The notes under the pieces are model-generated. The model was given only the letters and a program-made list of their open reading frames with translations. It was not told the DNA's origin and did no database searches. Shown piece after piece: positions 45,530-56,900 of a stretch of DNA of 61,878 bases. Position 1 is the stretch's first letter. Each line of letters begins with the position of its first letter. Both the position numbers and the translations under genes were made by a program. Source of the stretch: Flectonema sp. DT1601. Lineage: Eukaryota. The stretch lies in contig OZ025805.1 in NCBI GenBank assembly GCA_964019425.1, forward strand, positions 1,116,001-1,177,878, in the 5' to 3' direction.

Positions 45530-47152
45530 ATGCTCCGAACTCTCACAAGAAGATATGTTTCGTACAGCTCCCTTTGGAAGTCAAAGGATAGGGACAAGAT
45601 GGTTGCCGAGGATTTGATGAAATTTAGCGACACACCGAACGTGGCGGAACTCTACGTTGCGTGGGCAGACAATGTTAAGATTAGCGATCATTCAATCAAT
45701 GTGATTATGAATTACGGAAAACTACGTATGGAGGAGAGAGAGGGTCAAAATGAAATAATAAAAGACATGTTTGATGTTTATAGATTTGCACAAGAAGACT
45801 TGGTGTTGGTACCTCCTCAAGTCGGATTGGTTTTATTAGAAAGTTGTCTGATGATTGACAAAGATAACTTACTTTCGAAAATAACTTTTGAAAGTGCGTG
45901 GAAACTTTATCAAGAGATTGCTGAAGAAAAGATTGACAACCCAAACTCACTTCGATACTTTCCTCAGCTGGCTGAAGTGATGTTGTCATTAGCATCCTTG
46001 CAGCAAAGTACTCAAACTATGCAAGCGATTCTATCACACGCATCGAAAATAGGCGTCTCTATCAACACATCAATCGATCCTGTTACTCGTTACACCCAAC
46101 TTCAACAGGGAGAGATAGTACGTTCTAAGAATGAGCTCGCTATTCATGCTCTTAATAGTTTACTCTCAAGAACTGATCTTCCGAGACCTATAAAAGTAGC
46201 ATCAATCAAACAATTAATAAATGATCTAATCCACGAGTTTAAGAAATCAGACAACGTTCAGAATGAATATTCAAATGAGAATTATGCTGTTTGGGTTGTT
46301 AGGATTTGGAAGGATGCGGGACTTGCTGCCGCACAACTCTTCGCAAGCGCTTTCTTAACATCAGAGCATCCAGACCCTGAGAATCATCCGAGAAAGGAAA
46401 TATTTGTGAATTTAAAATTAATCGAAATGACTTATGATGATATCGTGGTTTCGACCAAAACCAATCTTGAGCTCAAAAAGAAAATAATAAAAGCGCTGAA
46501 GCAAACAAAGTATTCAGACCTAAGTCAGTCAATAGCACTGCTTGTGGTACCAAAAACAGCACCAGAATTGTATTCCATTTTTTGTGAAGTCAGAACTCGT
46601 GGTAAGGATAGGGGTTTCTTTGCGGCACAATTTCTATCGAGAGTAATAAATCTGCCGTCAAAGATAAATAATTCAGTTATTAATTATATCCGTTCATTAG
46701 TAAATGAGAACTCTGTCATACAATGGATAATAAACGCTCGTTGTTATGGGAAAACAACAAATGATTTCACCGGTGTAACCTCCGACTGGGAATTCTTGAC
46801 ACCACTCCTTCTATCGGAAGTATTTTCTTGTTGTAAAAATAAAGTGCTGACACATCAGTTTGCAGAGCAATTCATTTCATTTGCTACGAAACCGTTGCAT
46901 GACCTGACGCTGCAGAACTTGTTGAGGAAACTTCGCACCGAATCACTTCTTGCGTCTGATGTTTTCCGTCGGCAATATTCTTTAGGGATAACACCTTCAA
47001 TAGAGAGTCATAATATTATAAAAGATGATATGAAGATAGCTACCTCAAATATCGAGGAGTGCTTTAGAGAAAGTGTTTTGATATTCCCTGGCAAGGAAAT
47101 TCGACAACCGCTGGGAGATGATGAGATTCAGAATTCTGCATTAAAGTCCTAG
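45530..47152 (+). CDS. Hypothetical helical protein, 540 aa, with a short mitochondrial-type presequence
   Basis: N-terminus MLRTLTRRY; helical-repeat-like composition. Confidence 0.7.
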   Translation: MLRTLTRRYVSYSSLWKSKDRDKMVAEDLMKFSDTPNVAELYVAWADNVKISDHSINVIMNYGKLRMEEREGQNEIIKDMFDVYRFAQEDLVLVPPQVGLVLLESCLMIDKDNLLSKITFESAWKLYQEIAEEKIDNPNSLRYFPQLAEVMLSLASLQQSTQTMQAILSHASKIGVSINTSIDPVTRYTQLQQGEIVRSKNELAIHALNSLLSRTDLPRPIKVASIKQLINDLIHEFKKSDNVQNEYSNENYAVWVVRIWKDAGLAAAQLFASAFLTSEHPDPENHPRKEIFVNLKLIEMTYDDIVVSTKTNLELKKKIIKALKQTKYSDLSQSIALLVVPKTAPELYSIFCEVRTRGKDRGFFAAQFLSRVINLPSKINNSVINYIRSLVNENSVIQWIINARCYGKTTNDFTGVTSDWEFLTPLLLSEVFSCCKNKVLTHQFAEQFISFATKPLHDLTLQNLLRKLRTESLLASDVFRRQYSLGITPSIESHNIIKDDMKIATSNIEECFRESVLIFPGKEIRQPLGDDEIQNSALKS

Positions 47153-47271
47153 TGCACAGTACCAGTTAGCCAATCTTCCATTTCGTAGCTGATTGCGTTA
47201 CGTAGAACTGATTTATTATTTCTATTCCTCTTTATAAATAATTGTTATTTATTAATCAGAAGAACAACAAT

Positions 47272-48135
47272 ATGGAAAAGGCTCCATGGGAGAAAGGGAA
47301 GTCTGGGTATGCAATTATTTATTACTATCCCGTTGCGTAGAGTGTCTCGAATGTGTTCGAGTGCTCACCTCGCTGGGGATATCTTCTGTAGAAGTACTTC
47401 CAAAGCTCTTTTTGTAAATAACTCACAACAGACGCCGATCTCTCTCTTGCCCTGACCGACAAGAGAGCGAAGCGAAAGTGCTTTCAGGTGTGGGTGAGTT
47501 TAGTAGGTTTGGTAGTGACAAGGCTAAAGCATACGTAGTCGTAGATTTCGACTTGACAATCTCTTCCCTTCATGTTTGGAATACCTTGGCTCGCACTGGC
47601 TCAGGTCACATCTCTCCAGAGAGAATCCCAAGCGATTTATCAATTGATGTCATATTCGGAGGTACTGATCGCCTCCAGCAGCTCCACGACTTCCTGTCAT
47701 CTCTAACTTCACGAGAAGCACAGCTACTGATATTAACAAATAATCACTCTGATGTTGTTCGGAAATGTTTGGCTCTTTCAGGTCTAGATCAATACGTACC
47801 GGATGTAATTGGAAGAGACAAACCTGGAACTAAAGGTCAGATAGTTGCAGAACTGCGGGTATGAAACTATTTTATTTTCTATTTCCGCGCTACTTTGTTG
47901 GGGATGATGTCGCAGTGGACCAGTTTCCCTTTTGGTTCATATTTTCTCAAGTTCTCAACCCAAACAGGAGAAACTGAAGAGCAACAACAAGTGGCTCTTT
48001 ATTGACGACGACCCAGCCAACGTGCGCAGTGTATCATCATCCACACAAGGACAGGTGGCAACACTAATTATTGAAGGAGGGTCGGGGATGCAAAAAGCAC
48101 ACTTCCAAAAGGTTTTAAGTATGGCATTCTCGTAA
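47272..48135 (+). CDS. HAD-superfamily phosphatase (~209 aa); exons 47272-47306, 47432-47858, 47968-48135
   Basis: Motif I VVDFDLT, motif II ILTNN, Lys in PGTKG, motif IV FIDDD. Introns 47307-47431 and 47859-47967 join the ORFs in frame. Confidence 0.85.
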
Positions 48136-49107
48136 TCTGTACCTGTAATCAGATATGAAGTGACCTATAGCTGCTCTGCAGTCATTTGCCATATGGAAAG
48201 TGTGCTTTCGTTTTAAAATACTTTTCATATCCTTTTGGCTGAGTTCTCATCGGTCTTCACATTAGTCTCCTCTCGATGAGCATGGAATTTGTATTAGTGA
48301 GATTCACATAAGTGAGACACAAGCAGTCCTTTTGTGTAGTACTTGTTAGCTCATCAAAGAGATTCTGTTGGTGATCTCCTTTGGTAGTAATACAAATTAA
48401 AGGATACTTCCCTCCCCCTCAGTAGCTGCGGCTGCTAATTGTAAAGTAACTTGCCACTCTGTGAATGCAACAAGATTTGAGGTGCACGTTCCTGAGCTCT
48501 GTGGACTGTAAACCCGTCATGGGTGACTTCCTGGTTTGGTATAGCGGAGGCGGAGGTTGTGTTAAAAGTAGAAGAATTCTTTTATAACGTCAACTGATAG
48601 GGATTTCGGTATTGCGAGTTGTTTATGAACCAAAAGTCCCATCCAAACACAAGCTCAGGAGTATCGAGCTGTTGCTTGCCTCAGCTCACTAGCAGTGATT
48701 AACGCAAGTGAGCGCCTTTTCTTTGTGCACAAAAATAATCAAGTTGGTTCCCTTCTTCACAGTTTTCCCATCTCCCCTCTGTTTTGTTTTCATCTTCTTC
48801 TTGCTTATCAATAATAAAAGCGTTCCTCTCAAAAGCCCTTCCCGAGTCGCATTTTTTTTTGCTTGTCTATCCCGCCCCCACTTTTCTTTTATTTTCAATT
48901 ACGTTAACTCAGTTGAAGTTTTGGCACAACAGAGGTATTCGATTGATGTTTTGTACCTCACGCTCTTCACAGATACGTAATCCGAAAAATGACAGCTGCT
49001 TGAGAATGTTACTTTAGTGTTATGTCACTTCACTTGTTGAGGTATTTTATGTTTTTATCTTATCTCTTTGGGCAGCAGAATACGTTATATTCCTTCCAAG
49101 CACTAAG

Positions 49108-49929
49108 ATGTGTATCACTGCGTTATTTATGCAGATGACTGGTAGGTGGAGGTTCGTATTAATTGGTAACAGAGATGAGTTCCAAAGTCGAAAAACAGAA
49201 CCAATTGAAGAGCGAGGAGGAATCCTTTGTGCAAGGGATATGCAAGCTGGTGGGGCACAAACAATGTTTAATACAAAGACAGGTATCCTCAGCTCTCTCA
49301 CGAACGTTAGAACACAGCCGGGAAAGGGTGGAGAACGATCACGTGGTAAAATAGTAGAAGACGCTGTTGTGTATGAGCAAGAGATTATGGAAGAAATCGG
49401 TAAAGTGCGCTCTCAATATGCGGGTTTCAACCTTTTGAGGGTAAACTTGAAAAACAATGTCGCGAAATACGTAACAAACAACACAAGCTGGCAGGGAGAG
49501 GATGTGACTCAGCTCCCAATGGGAACACACTGCGTGTCGAACAGCTATTTGAATGACTTCACATGGGAGAAGGTTGATTACTTAAAGAATACTTTAGAAA
49601 GTATTGTTAAAGAGTCTCCTGCTGATACGTCTGTTGATTCTTTTATGGAGTCAATCACTGAGCCGCTCTGCCACTCATCAGGGTTTGTTAATTATCCTCC
49701 TGCAATGAATGACGCGAGTACTAATCCTTATGCAAAAGTTGAAGCTCAGTTACAACAAGGGGTTTGGGTGTCAACACCTACACCTGGTAACGACATCTTC
49801 AGAACTCTCTTTCAAACTGCTGTTGCTGTGGAAGACACGTCTGATGGTCTTATGTGCCACTACTGGTACAGGGGCACCATGACCCCTAATGAGCATAGCA
49901 AATGGGTGAAATTTACTTATCCCTTGTAG
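49108..49929 (+). CDS. TANGO2: TANGO2 / NRDE family protein (Ntn-hydrolase-like)
   Basis: N-terminal MC, IGNRDEF, RDMQAGG, LTNVR, RSRGKIV, YAGFNL, VSNSYLN...WEKV. Confidence 0.88.
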   Translation: MCITALFMQMTGRWRFVLIGNRDEFQSRKTEPIEERGGILCARDMQAGGAQTMFNTKTGILSSLTNVRTQPGKGGERSRGKIVEDAVVYEQEIMEEIGKVRSQYAGFNLLRVNLKNNVAKYVTNNTSWQGEDVTQLPMGTHCVSNSYLNDFTWEKVDYLKNTLESIVKESPADTSVDSFMESITEPLCHSSGFVNYPPAMNDASTNPYAKVEAQLQQGVWVSTPTPGNDIFRTLFQTAVAVEDTSDGLMCHYWYRGTMTPNEHSKWVKFTYPL

Positions 49930-51146
49930 CTTTGATGTTCTTGGATACTATTTATTTTTTCGTTTTCTTTATTTGTTTCATAAATTTGTTACAGAAATTA
50001 GGATAAAACTTACTCGCATTCAGTCGTGTTGCATGGTTTGCTGATTTATCTATTTCTAAATGATTGCAAGAATGTTCCAACAGAAAAAAAAAAAAAAAAA
50101 AGAGTCTGCTGACTAAGATGAATTATTCATGGCAGTTACTGTCCTAACCTGCAAAGTATATTGGCAGAGTAATTCAAAGTGGAGTTACCACCGTAGTTTG
50201 CCCTCTCATTACTGTGCCTTATCGATTCAGGCATTCACACCAGATAATAGTTTTTGTAGAGTCATCTTAATGTTTAAAGTTATTATTCTTCAGGTCACAT
50301 ATGTATGGCAGGATTACTGCTTCGTTAGGCCAGATACCGTTGTGTCTCCTTACTTTCTTTGCTGCAGAGGGCTGGGTAAAGGGATTGTCCGAAAAAAGAT
50401 TTTATAATTTTAGCCATCGAAACCATTATTTGTTCGTTGTCCCTAGTTTAGAGTTCGACTGCTTTCGTGTGAAGACAAGTCACCTCAGGACAGTCGGGGT
50501 AGCTAAAACGCAGGCATTCTGCCGAAGCACATCCAAAACATCCAACAACTTAGTGAACGATTCGTCCCACTTGCACGGCTCCGCGGCCAATACCCTCCCC
50601 GCTCGCCTCACTCAAGGTCCGGTAGTTTCCAGTGTTCGGCAGACTGGTAACAATGTATCACCTAAATCCCAGCTGCTGAAAATAGAACAACATGATTACC
50701 ACAGTTAATTACACTAAGACATGTATCACATTTTAGTTCCTGTTTGTAGAATTGCGAATTGTGTTGGCAACTAATTTTAATAACTTGGGGAAAAAAGGGA
50801 GAGAAAACAACAATTCTAATTAAGCAGCTTTCTTAGGGACCTGAAGCTGCAGGAAGACAGCAAAAATGAAAAATGAAGTTTGCCGTTGAATAGTGGGACG
50901 CTACAACAGCATTTAACATTATTCAAGGTAACAAACATCAGACAGCGTATTTTTTTTGACGCACACCTCGATAGTAGAAGGCAGGTTGCAGAAAAACAAA
51001 ATGGTAAAAGAAATGGATTTGACGTTGCAATGCCTGATAAAAATAATTGAGTTGCAAATTGCAATATCAGTAGGTGGATAGTTTTTTCTTTTTTTTTTTT
51101 TTTGGGAAAACGCCTAATTCCGCAAAAATAGTTTGCGAAAGGGGCT

Positions 51147-53500
51147 TGCGTCCCGCCAAGAATTTGGCGGACGCATTCTCTGGCTAAGGGTGTTCCCCAG
51201 GGATCGATCCTGGGTCCTCTTCTCTATCTTATCTACGTTGATGACCTCTGCAAGATTTTGGAACTGGAGAAAGAAACAACGACGTCTGCTCTGTATGCGG
51301 ATGACACGGCGTGTGTGGTATCTGGACATAACATGGAAGAAGCTCTTTCAAATGCTCAAATAATACTTGATAAAGTAGATCAATGGTGTTCTGACAACGA
51401 CATGGCCCTGTCGGTCTCAAAAACCTGTGCTCTTAAGATGGAAGTCCGTACGAAGGATACGATTCTCAACGACACCCGTAATCGTGAATTACTGTTTTCC
51501 AGATCTGTTAAGGAAAACGTTATCAAAATGGACTATGGTGACATTGAAAAGAGTATCAACTTAAACTTAAACTCTCCCAGACCCATGCTTCAAAGCGGCG
51601 AAACTATTCTTGAAATTGAAGGAATTCCAATCAGGACACAAGAAGAACTTGACAACTTGATGCTGCAATACGTTGTTCGCGAGGACAGCGCTTTGGTTGT
51701 GAAAGCCAAATTCAAAACTGCCTTTCTGTTGCCGATAGTCGACTCAGTGAAATACCTTGGAGTTCACATCGACGACAGGCTCAACATTCCATAAACAGGT
51801 GGCTAAGATTCACGAAGAATTAAAGAGGGTATCACTTCTGCAGTGCCTCCAGCCGTAACGAACTGGACTACAAAGACTCTTAACATGGTTAAAGAACCTT
51901 TATGTAACCGCTAGAATCTCGTATGCGCTTGACTTGAAATTTTGGTTGGCTGATAAGCAGCAGCGTTGGCAGCATCGACTTCGAACTGCAGGAAGGTCGC
52001 CAGACTGGTTACTGGATGCAGCAAGTGTACGCCAAGAGAGTTACTGTTTGTGGGAGTCTGGCATGTATCCTTTTAAACGTCAGATTGAAAAGCAGACAAA
52101 AATTGCGTACTACAGGTATAAAGCCATGACTTGGATACCTAATTACAAACAGACTCGCCTCAACACAAAGCTACTGGGCTGGCCTAATCCCTGGCACTGA
52201 TAGTCAGCGAGAAAAGCCAGTTGCCTTTGTGCAGCCTGACTCGATGGATATCTCCGACGAACCTTAGGATTAGCAACAGCTGCGGATTTCCGAAGTCCGC
52301 TAACCCTTGCGGTGGACAAAGAAAAGTTCATGTCGTACATTGGAACTTGCCTCCTGTCGACATGGTAATCAACTGCGATGGTTCTTACTCTGCTTCCGGC
52401 ACGGCCGGTGCGGCTCAATATTGCCAAGTCACGTTAGCGGCCTTCGATCTGCTTACGCGTCTAGGCTTTATCAAGCTGACTGCAGCTACAGGGCTGAACA
52501 ACATGCTCTGAAGAACGCGGCTTAGAGACATCTGAGAACAGTGTTTAGCAAAGATCCTTCAATGAAATCTGTGAGGATATTCACGGATTACTCAAAATCC
52601 CTTCTGGATGAACTGCTGGGTAGACAGAGGAATACCCGAGTCCCTCAAGATACTAGATATAATACCTGCGCATTGTGTGAAATGAAAGTGCATTTGCAAT
52701 TCATCCCCTCGCACATTGGAATCGAGTTTCACGATGAAGTTGACGCGCTTGCAAAGGAAGCAGCGCACAACAAGAACATCCGTCCTGTGCTAGTCAAAGG
52801 CACTTACTACTTCTCGCGATCATCACATGTTAAGCGCTGCATCAAGAAGGATCTGCTTAACGTGAGTGGTTACACCTGCTACAAACACCTCATCAGAGGC
52901 CGTTCCGTTAAATACCCTCCTGGGATGGAAAGAGCCGACGAGATACGGATAGCGAACTTCCGGGCAGGATGTCACCCGCTAATTCAGAACTGGCGCAAGA
53001 CGATCGACTGCCCATTTTGTGGCGAACCGTCCTCACAGGTTCACCTGCTGCAGGGATGTCAATCTCCCAAACTCGATTCGGCCAGGTTCAAAATCCTGGC
53101 TTCTCACACTGACCGGCAAGTGGGATCGCGACCGGGAACTTATTATTGCCAACGAAATTCCTAACCTTGAAGCTCTCTTCACTTTGGCGTGGCTTCCATC
53201 ACTCGCGTTGATCATAAGGTGGATGGAACAGACATCTAGCCTTAGACTTTGGAAATAAAGTAGGTGACATGTAGTCGCCAATATCAATTTGTTATTATTT
53301 TTAGTATTTTCATCATTATCAATCATCTCCTGGTTGGGTAACTGCACATCACCTTCGGTGTTGTCGCAGTGTCTCATCCAACACTCCTGTCTCCTTCTTC
53401 TCCTATTCTCCTTTAAAATTTCTCTTGAGGGCAGGCCTTCGGGCTGTTCAAGTGGTCTTTGACCACCGCTCTAGTTATATGCTCGATTCTTTGTTTTTTC
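51147..53500 (+). mobile_element. 5'-truncated, frameshifted non-LTR retrotransposon (Ingi/I-type: RT, RNase H, C-terminal CCHC finger)
   Basis: KGVPQGSILGPLLYLIYVDDL (from 51186), LYADD, KYLGVHID; RNase H motifs INCDGS, IFTD, FIPSHIGIEFHDEVDALAK; CPFCGEPSSQVHLLQGC. Multiple indels; boundaries approximate; no TSD or poly(A) seen. Confidence 0.9.
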
Positions 53501-53600
53501 CTTATCGATGGTAGGGATGGTAACCGAATTAGTTTCGTGTGTCCAATTTCAAGGACGCGTGACCATTTATTTTTTTCCGTTGCCGCTCTTCTTACGTACT

Positions 53601-56600
53601 GACATATTGAAAAAGAAGATAAATGCTTTCAAAAGGAAGTATTATCTCAATATTCTTATCAAAAATGTCATATTCTTTGTTGCACTTGTACTTACAATTT
53701 ACCTACTCGTCACGGGATTTGAAGGTTCACTACATCTCAACTCTTCGTCTAGAACTGTACTCTTTTATACAAGTATAGGATCGTTATTATTTTTATTATT
53801 CAAGCTAATTATACGCCCTTATTTGAATGTGATCCGGGCCAATTCCCAAATAAGCGATGAAGAAGCCGCGGAGCTCATTGGTAGATTTTTCCCAGATATC
53901 AGTGATAAGTTGTTGAATACCATACAGTTAGGTAAAATTTCTGCTTCTGACAACAGTTTAGCGCTCGCCAGTATTGAAAAACGAACTTTAGAAATTACTC
54001 CATTCGAATTTAACTCGAGTATTGACCTAAGTTCAAATAAAAAATATGTCAAATACATTGCCTACCCAGGGCTTATTCTTCTTTTACTTTTTCTTATCGT
54101 TCCACAGTATTTGACTGAAAGTACAAACCGCATCGTCAATTACGACAAAGAATTTACACCAGGTTTACTGTTCGCTATTTCACCATTGAATGATGAATTC
54201 AAGGCCTTTAAAAATGAAGACTTTGTTCTGGAAGTTGAGGTTACTGGATCAGCCATACCTGAGCAGGTTTACATCAGCGCAAGGGGTAGAAGGGCAAAAA
54301 TGAAAACGAATTCAGACCACAGGTTAGAATATGTTTTTACCAAAGTACAGGACAATTTCAATTTTAAAATCGAAGCTGCTGATTATAAATCGGAAAGCTA
54401 CAAAGTAATTGTTCTTCAGAGGCCCGATATAAAAACATTTAATATAAACCTAGATTATCCAAACTATACAGGGAAGAAAAATGAGACACTGGAGAATGTA
54501 GGAAACCTTACCGTTCCGGAAGGGACTCAAATCAACTGGAGGATAAAAACCATAGAAACAGAGTCTGTACAGATGGTTTTTGAGAATGAAAAAACAACAA
54601 TTGAGCTTGAGTCAACTGGAAATCAGCTATTTGAGTCTAAAAAGAGGGTAAAACAAAGTGATGCGTATAGACTAAGGTTAGAAAACCAACACAGCCCCAA
54701 TAAGGACTCCATTTCATACAATATTGATGTAATCAAAGATGAATTTCCTAAGATTTCAGTTGATGCCTTTCAGGATACTACACTTTTCGCATTTATTGTT
54801 TTCAATGGCCTCATTAGCGATGATTATGGCATTTCTAAACTAGAATTTGTCTATGATCAAGGAGATGAAAGGGTTTCTCTTCCGATTCCCTTCAATAAGA
54901 GTCTTGCCTCTCAGAACTACTTCTATCAATGGAAATTAGACTCGTTAGACATTAAGGAAGGTGAGTCGCTGGAGTATTTCGTAAGAGTATGGGATAATGA
55001 TGGTATTAATGGACGTAAGCCTGCGCAGAGCGCTACTTATACGTTCAAACTACCCGAAAAGAAGGAAATCAAAGAAAAGCTGGATAAACAAGCGGAAGGA
55101 GCCAAAAAAGAACTAGATAAATCATTAGATGAAGCTCAGGACTTGAATGAACAAATCAAGGATATTCAAAATGACTTGAAAAGTAAGGAAAACCTGAATT
55201 GGCAGGAAAACAAGAAGATTAATGACCTCATCAAGCAAAAGGAAAAACTAGAAGAAGCACTCGAAAAAATATCCCAACAAAATCAGGATCTCGCAAAAAA
55301 GCAGGAACGGTTTAACAAGCCAAATGAAAAACTCCAGGAAAAGGTTGATCAGCTTCAAAAATTGATGGACGATATACTAGACGAAGAAACCAAAAAACTC
55401 TATGACGAACTAAAAAAATTGTTGGAGGAGCAGAATGGGTCTGAAGACATCGATGAAATAATGGACCAGATTGAGAACAAGGAGGAGAACTTGCAAAAGG
55501 AAATCGAACGCGCCATAGAAATGTTTAAGCGTCTACAGTTTGATTATAAAATGGATGAAATCATCAATGACTTAGATGAACTCAGTCAGGAGCAGCAGAA
55601 ACTTGCCGAAGAAACCCTTGATAAGGATAATGAAATGGAGTCACTTCAAGAAAAACAGGAAGAGCTAAACGAATCATTTGAAGACCTTCAAGAACAAATG
55701 GATAAGCTGGATGACCTCAATGAGGAAATGAAACAGCCAGAAAGCCTCGAAGACTTTGACCAAGAGGAATCAGAAATCCAAGAAGAACAGCAGCAAAGCT
55801 CTGAAATGCTTGAACAGAAGAAAAGAAAGAAATCTTCACAATCGCAACAAAATGCTTCAGACAAGATGAAGCAAATGAAAAAGAAGATGGAGGAGATGCA
55901 AGCAGGGATGGAGATGACTATGATGCAAGAAAACTTGGATCATCTGAGAGACATTGTGGACAACCTTGTGAAAGTCTCCTTCGACCAAGAAGATATCATG
56001 GCTGAGTTTAAAGGAGTGAATCAAGCGATCCTCGGTATGTCACGCTATCGCAGCAACAACTGAAACTAAAGACGATGCGAGAATCATTGAGGACAGTTTG
56101 TTGTCACTAGCCAATCGAGTATTTCAAATACAAAGCTTTGTTACTCGTGAAGTTGATGCTATGAACGATGAATTCAAGCCAGCCTACAGGGTCTAAAAGA
56201 CAGAAGAAAATCAGAGGCTACCAGACATCAACAATACGCTATGACCTCTATCAACAATCTCGCTCTACTACTTGATGACGTGCTTCAACAAATGCAGCAA
56301 CAAATGGCTGATGCTATGGGTAACCGCAAAAAGGGGAAAAAGGACAAAAACAGAAACTTCCTGGGATGTCAGAATTACAAAAACAACTCAATAAGAAAAT
56401 AGAAGACTTAAAGAAAAGTGGTAAATCAGGAAGACCTTTGTCCAAGGAGCTGGCTGAATTGGCAGCTGAGCAAGAAATGCTCAGAAACGAGCTTCAAAAA
56501 TTACAAGACCAACTAGGCGAAAATGAAGGGGGGGGCAGGTAAAAACCTTAAAGAAGCAATAGAGAAAATGGAAAAGACAGAGATGGATTTAGTGAATAAA

Positions 56601-56867
56601 AGAATCACCCAAGAAACCATCAACAGACAAAAGGACATCCTAACTCGCATGCTTAAAGCAGAAGATGCCTTAAGAGAACGTGAACTTGACGATGAGAGAG
56701 AAGCTGAGCAGGCCGACAATTATGACAGAAATTTACCGCCTGAATTCGAAGAATACATAAAGGCCAAACAAAAAGAACTTGAACTATTAAATACCGTTCC
56801 ACCAAAGATGAATCCTTACTACAAGGAAGAAGTAAATAAATATTTCCGCAGGTTGAACGAACAATAA
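53601..56867 (+). CDS. Bacteroidota DUF4175-family membrane-anchored coiled-coil protein; 5' end missing, frameshifted at ~56.0-56.5 kb
   Basis: KINAFKRKYYLN, IGRFFPDISDKLLNTIQL, SDDYGISKL, EYFVRVWDNDGINGRK, Gln/Glu coils, RQKDILTRMLKAEDA...YYKEEVNKYF. Confidence 0.85.
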
Positions 56868-56900
56868 TATATTTGCAAACAAATTGATTAACAGAGAATA

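Noticed and set aside
596..49929. Non-standard genetic code, tRNA, rRNA or SL RNA genes
   Set aside because: Conserved proteins translate cleanly with the standard code once introns are removed; no such RNA genes were recognised by eye.
53508..53600. N-terminal 31 aa of the 851-aa ORF as a eukaryote-bacterial fusion protein
   Set aside because: Chance open frame across the junction and adapter-like sequence; homology-like sequence starts at about DILKKKINAF.
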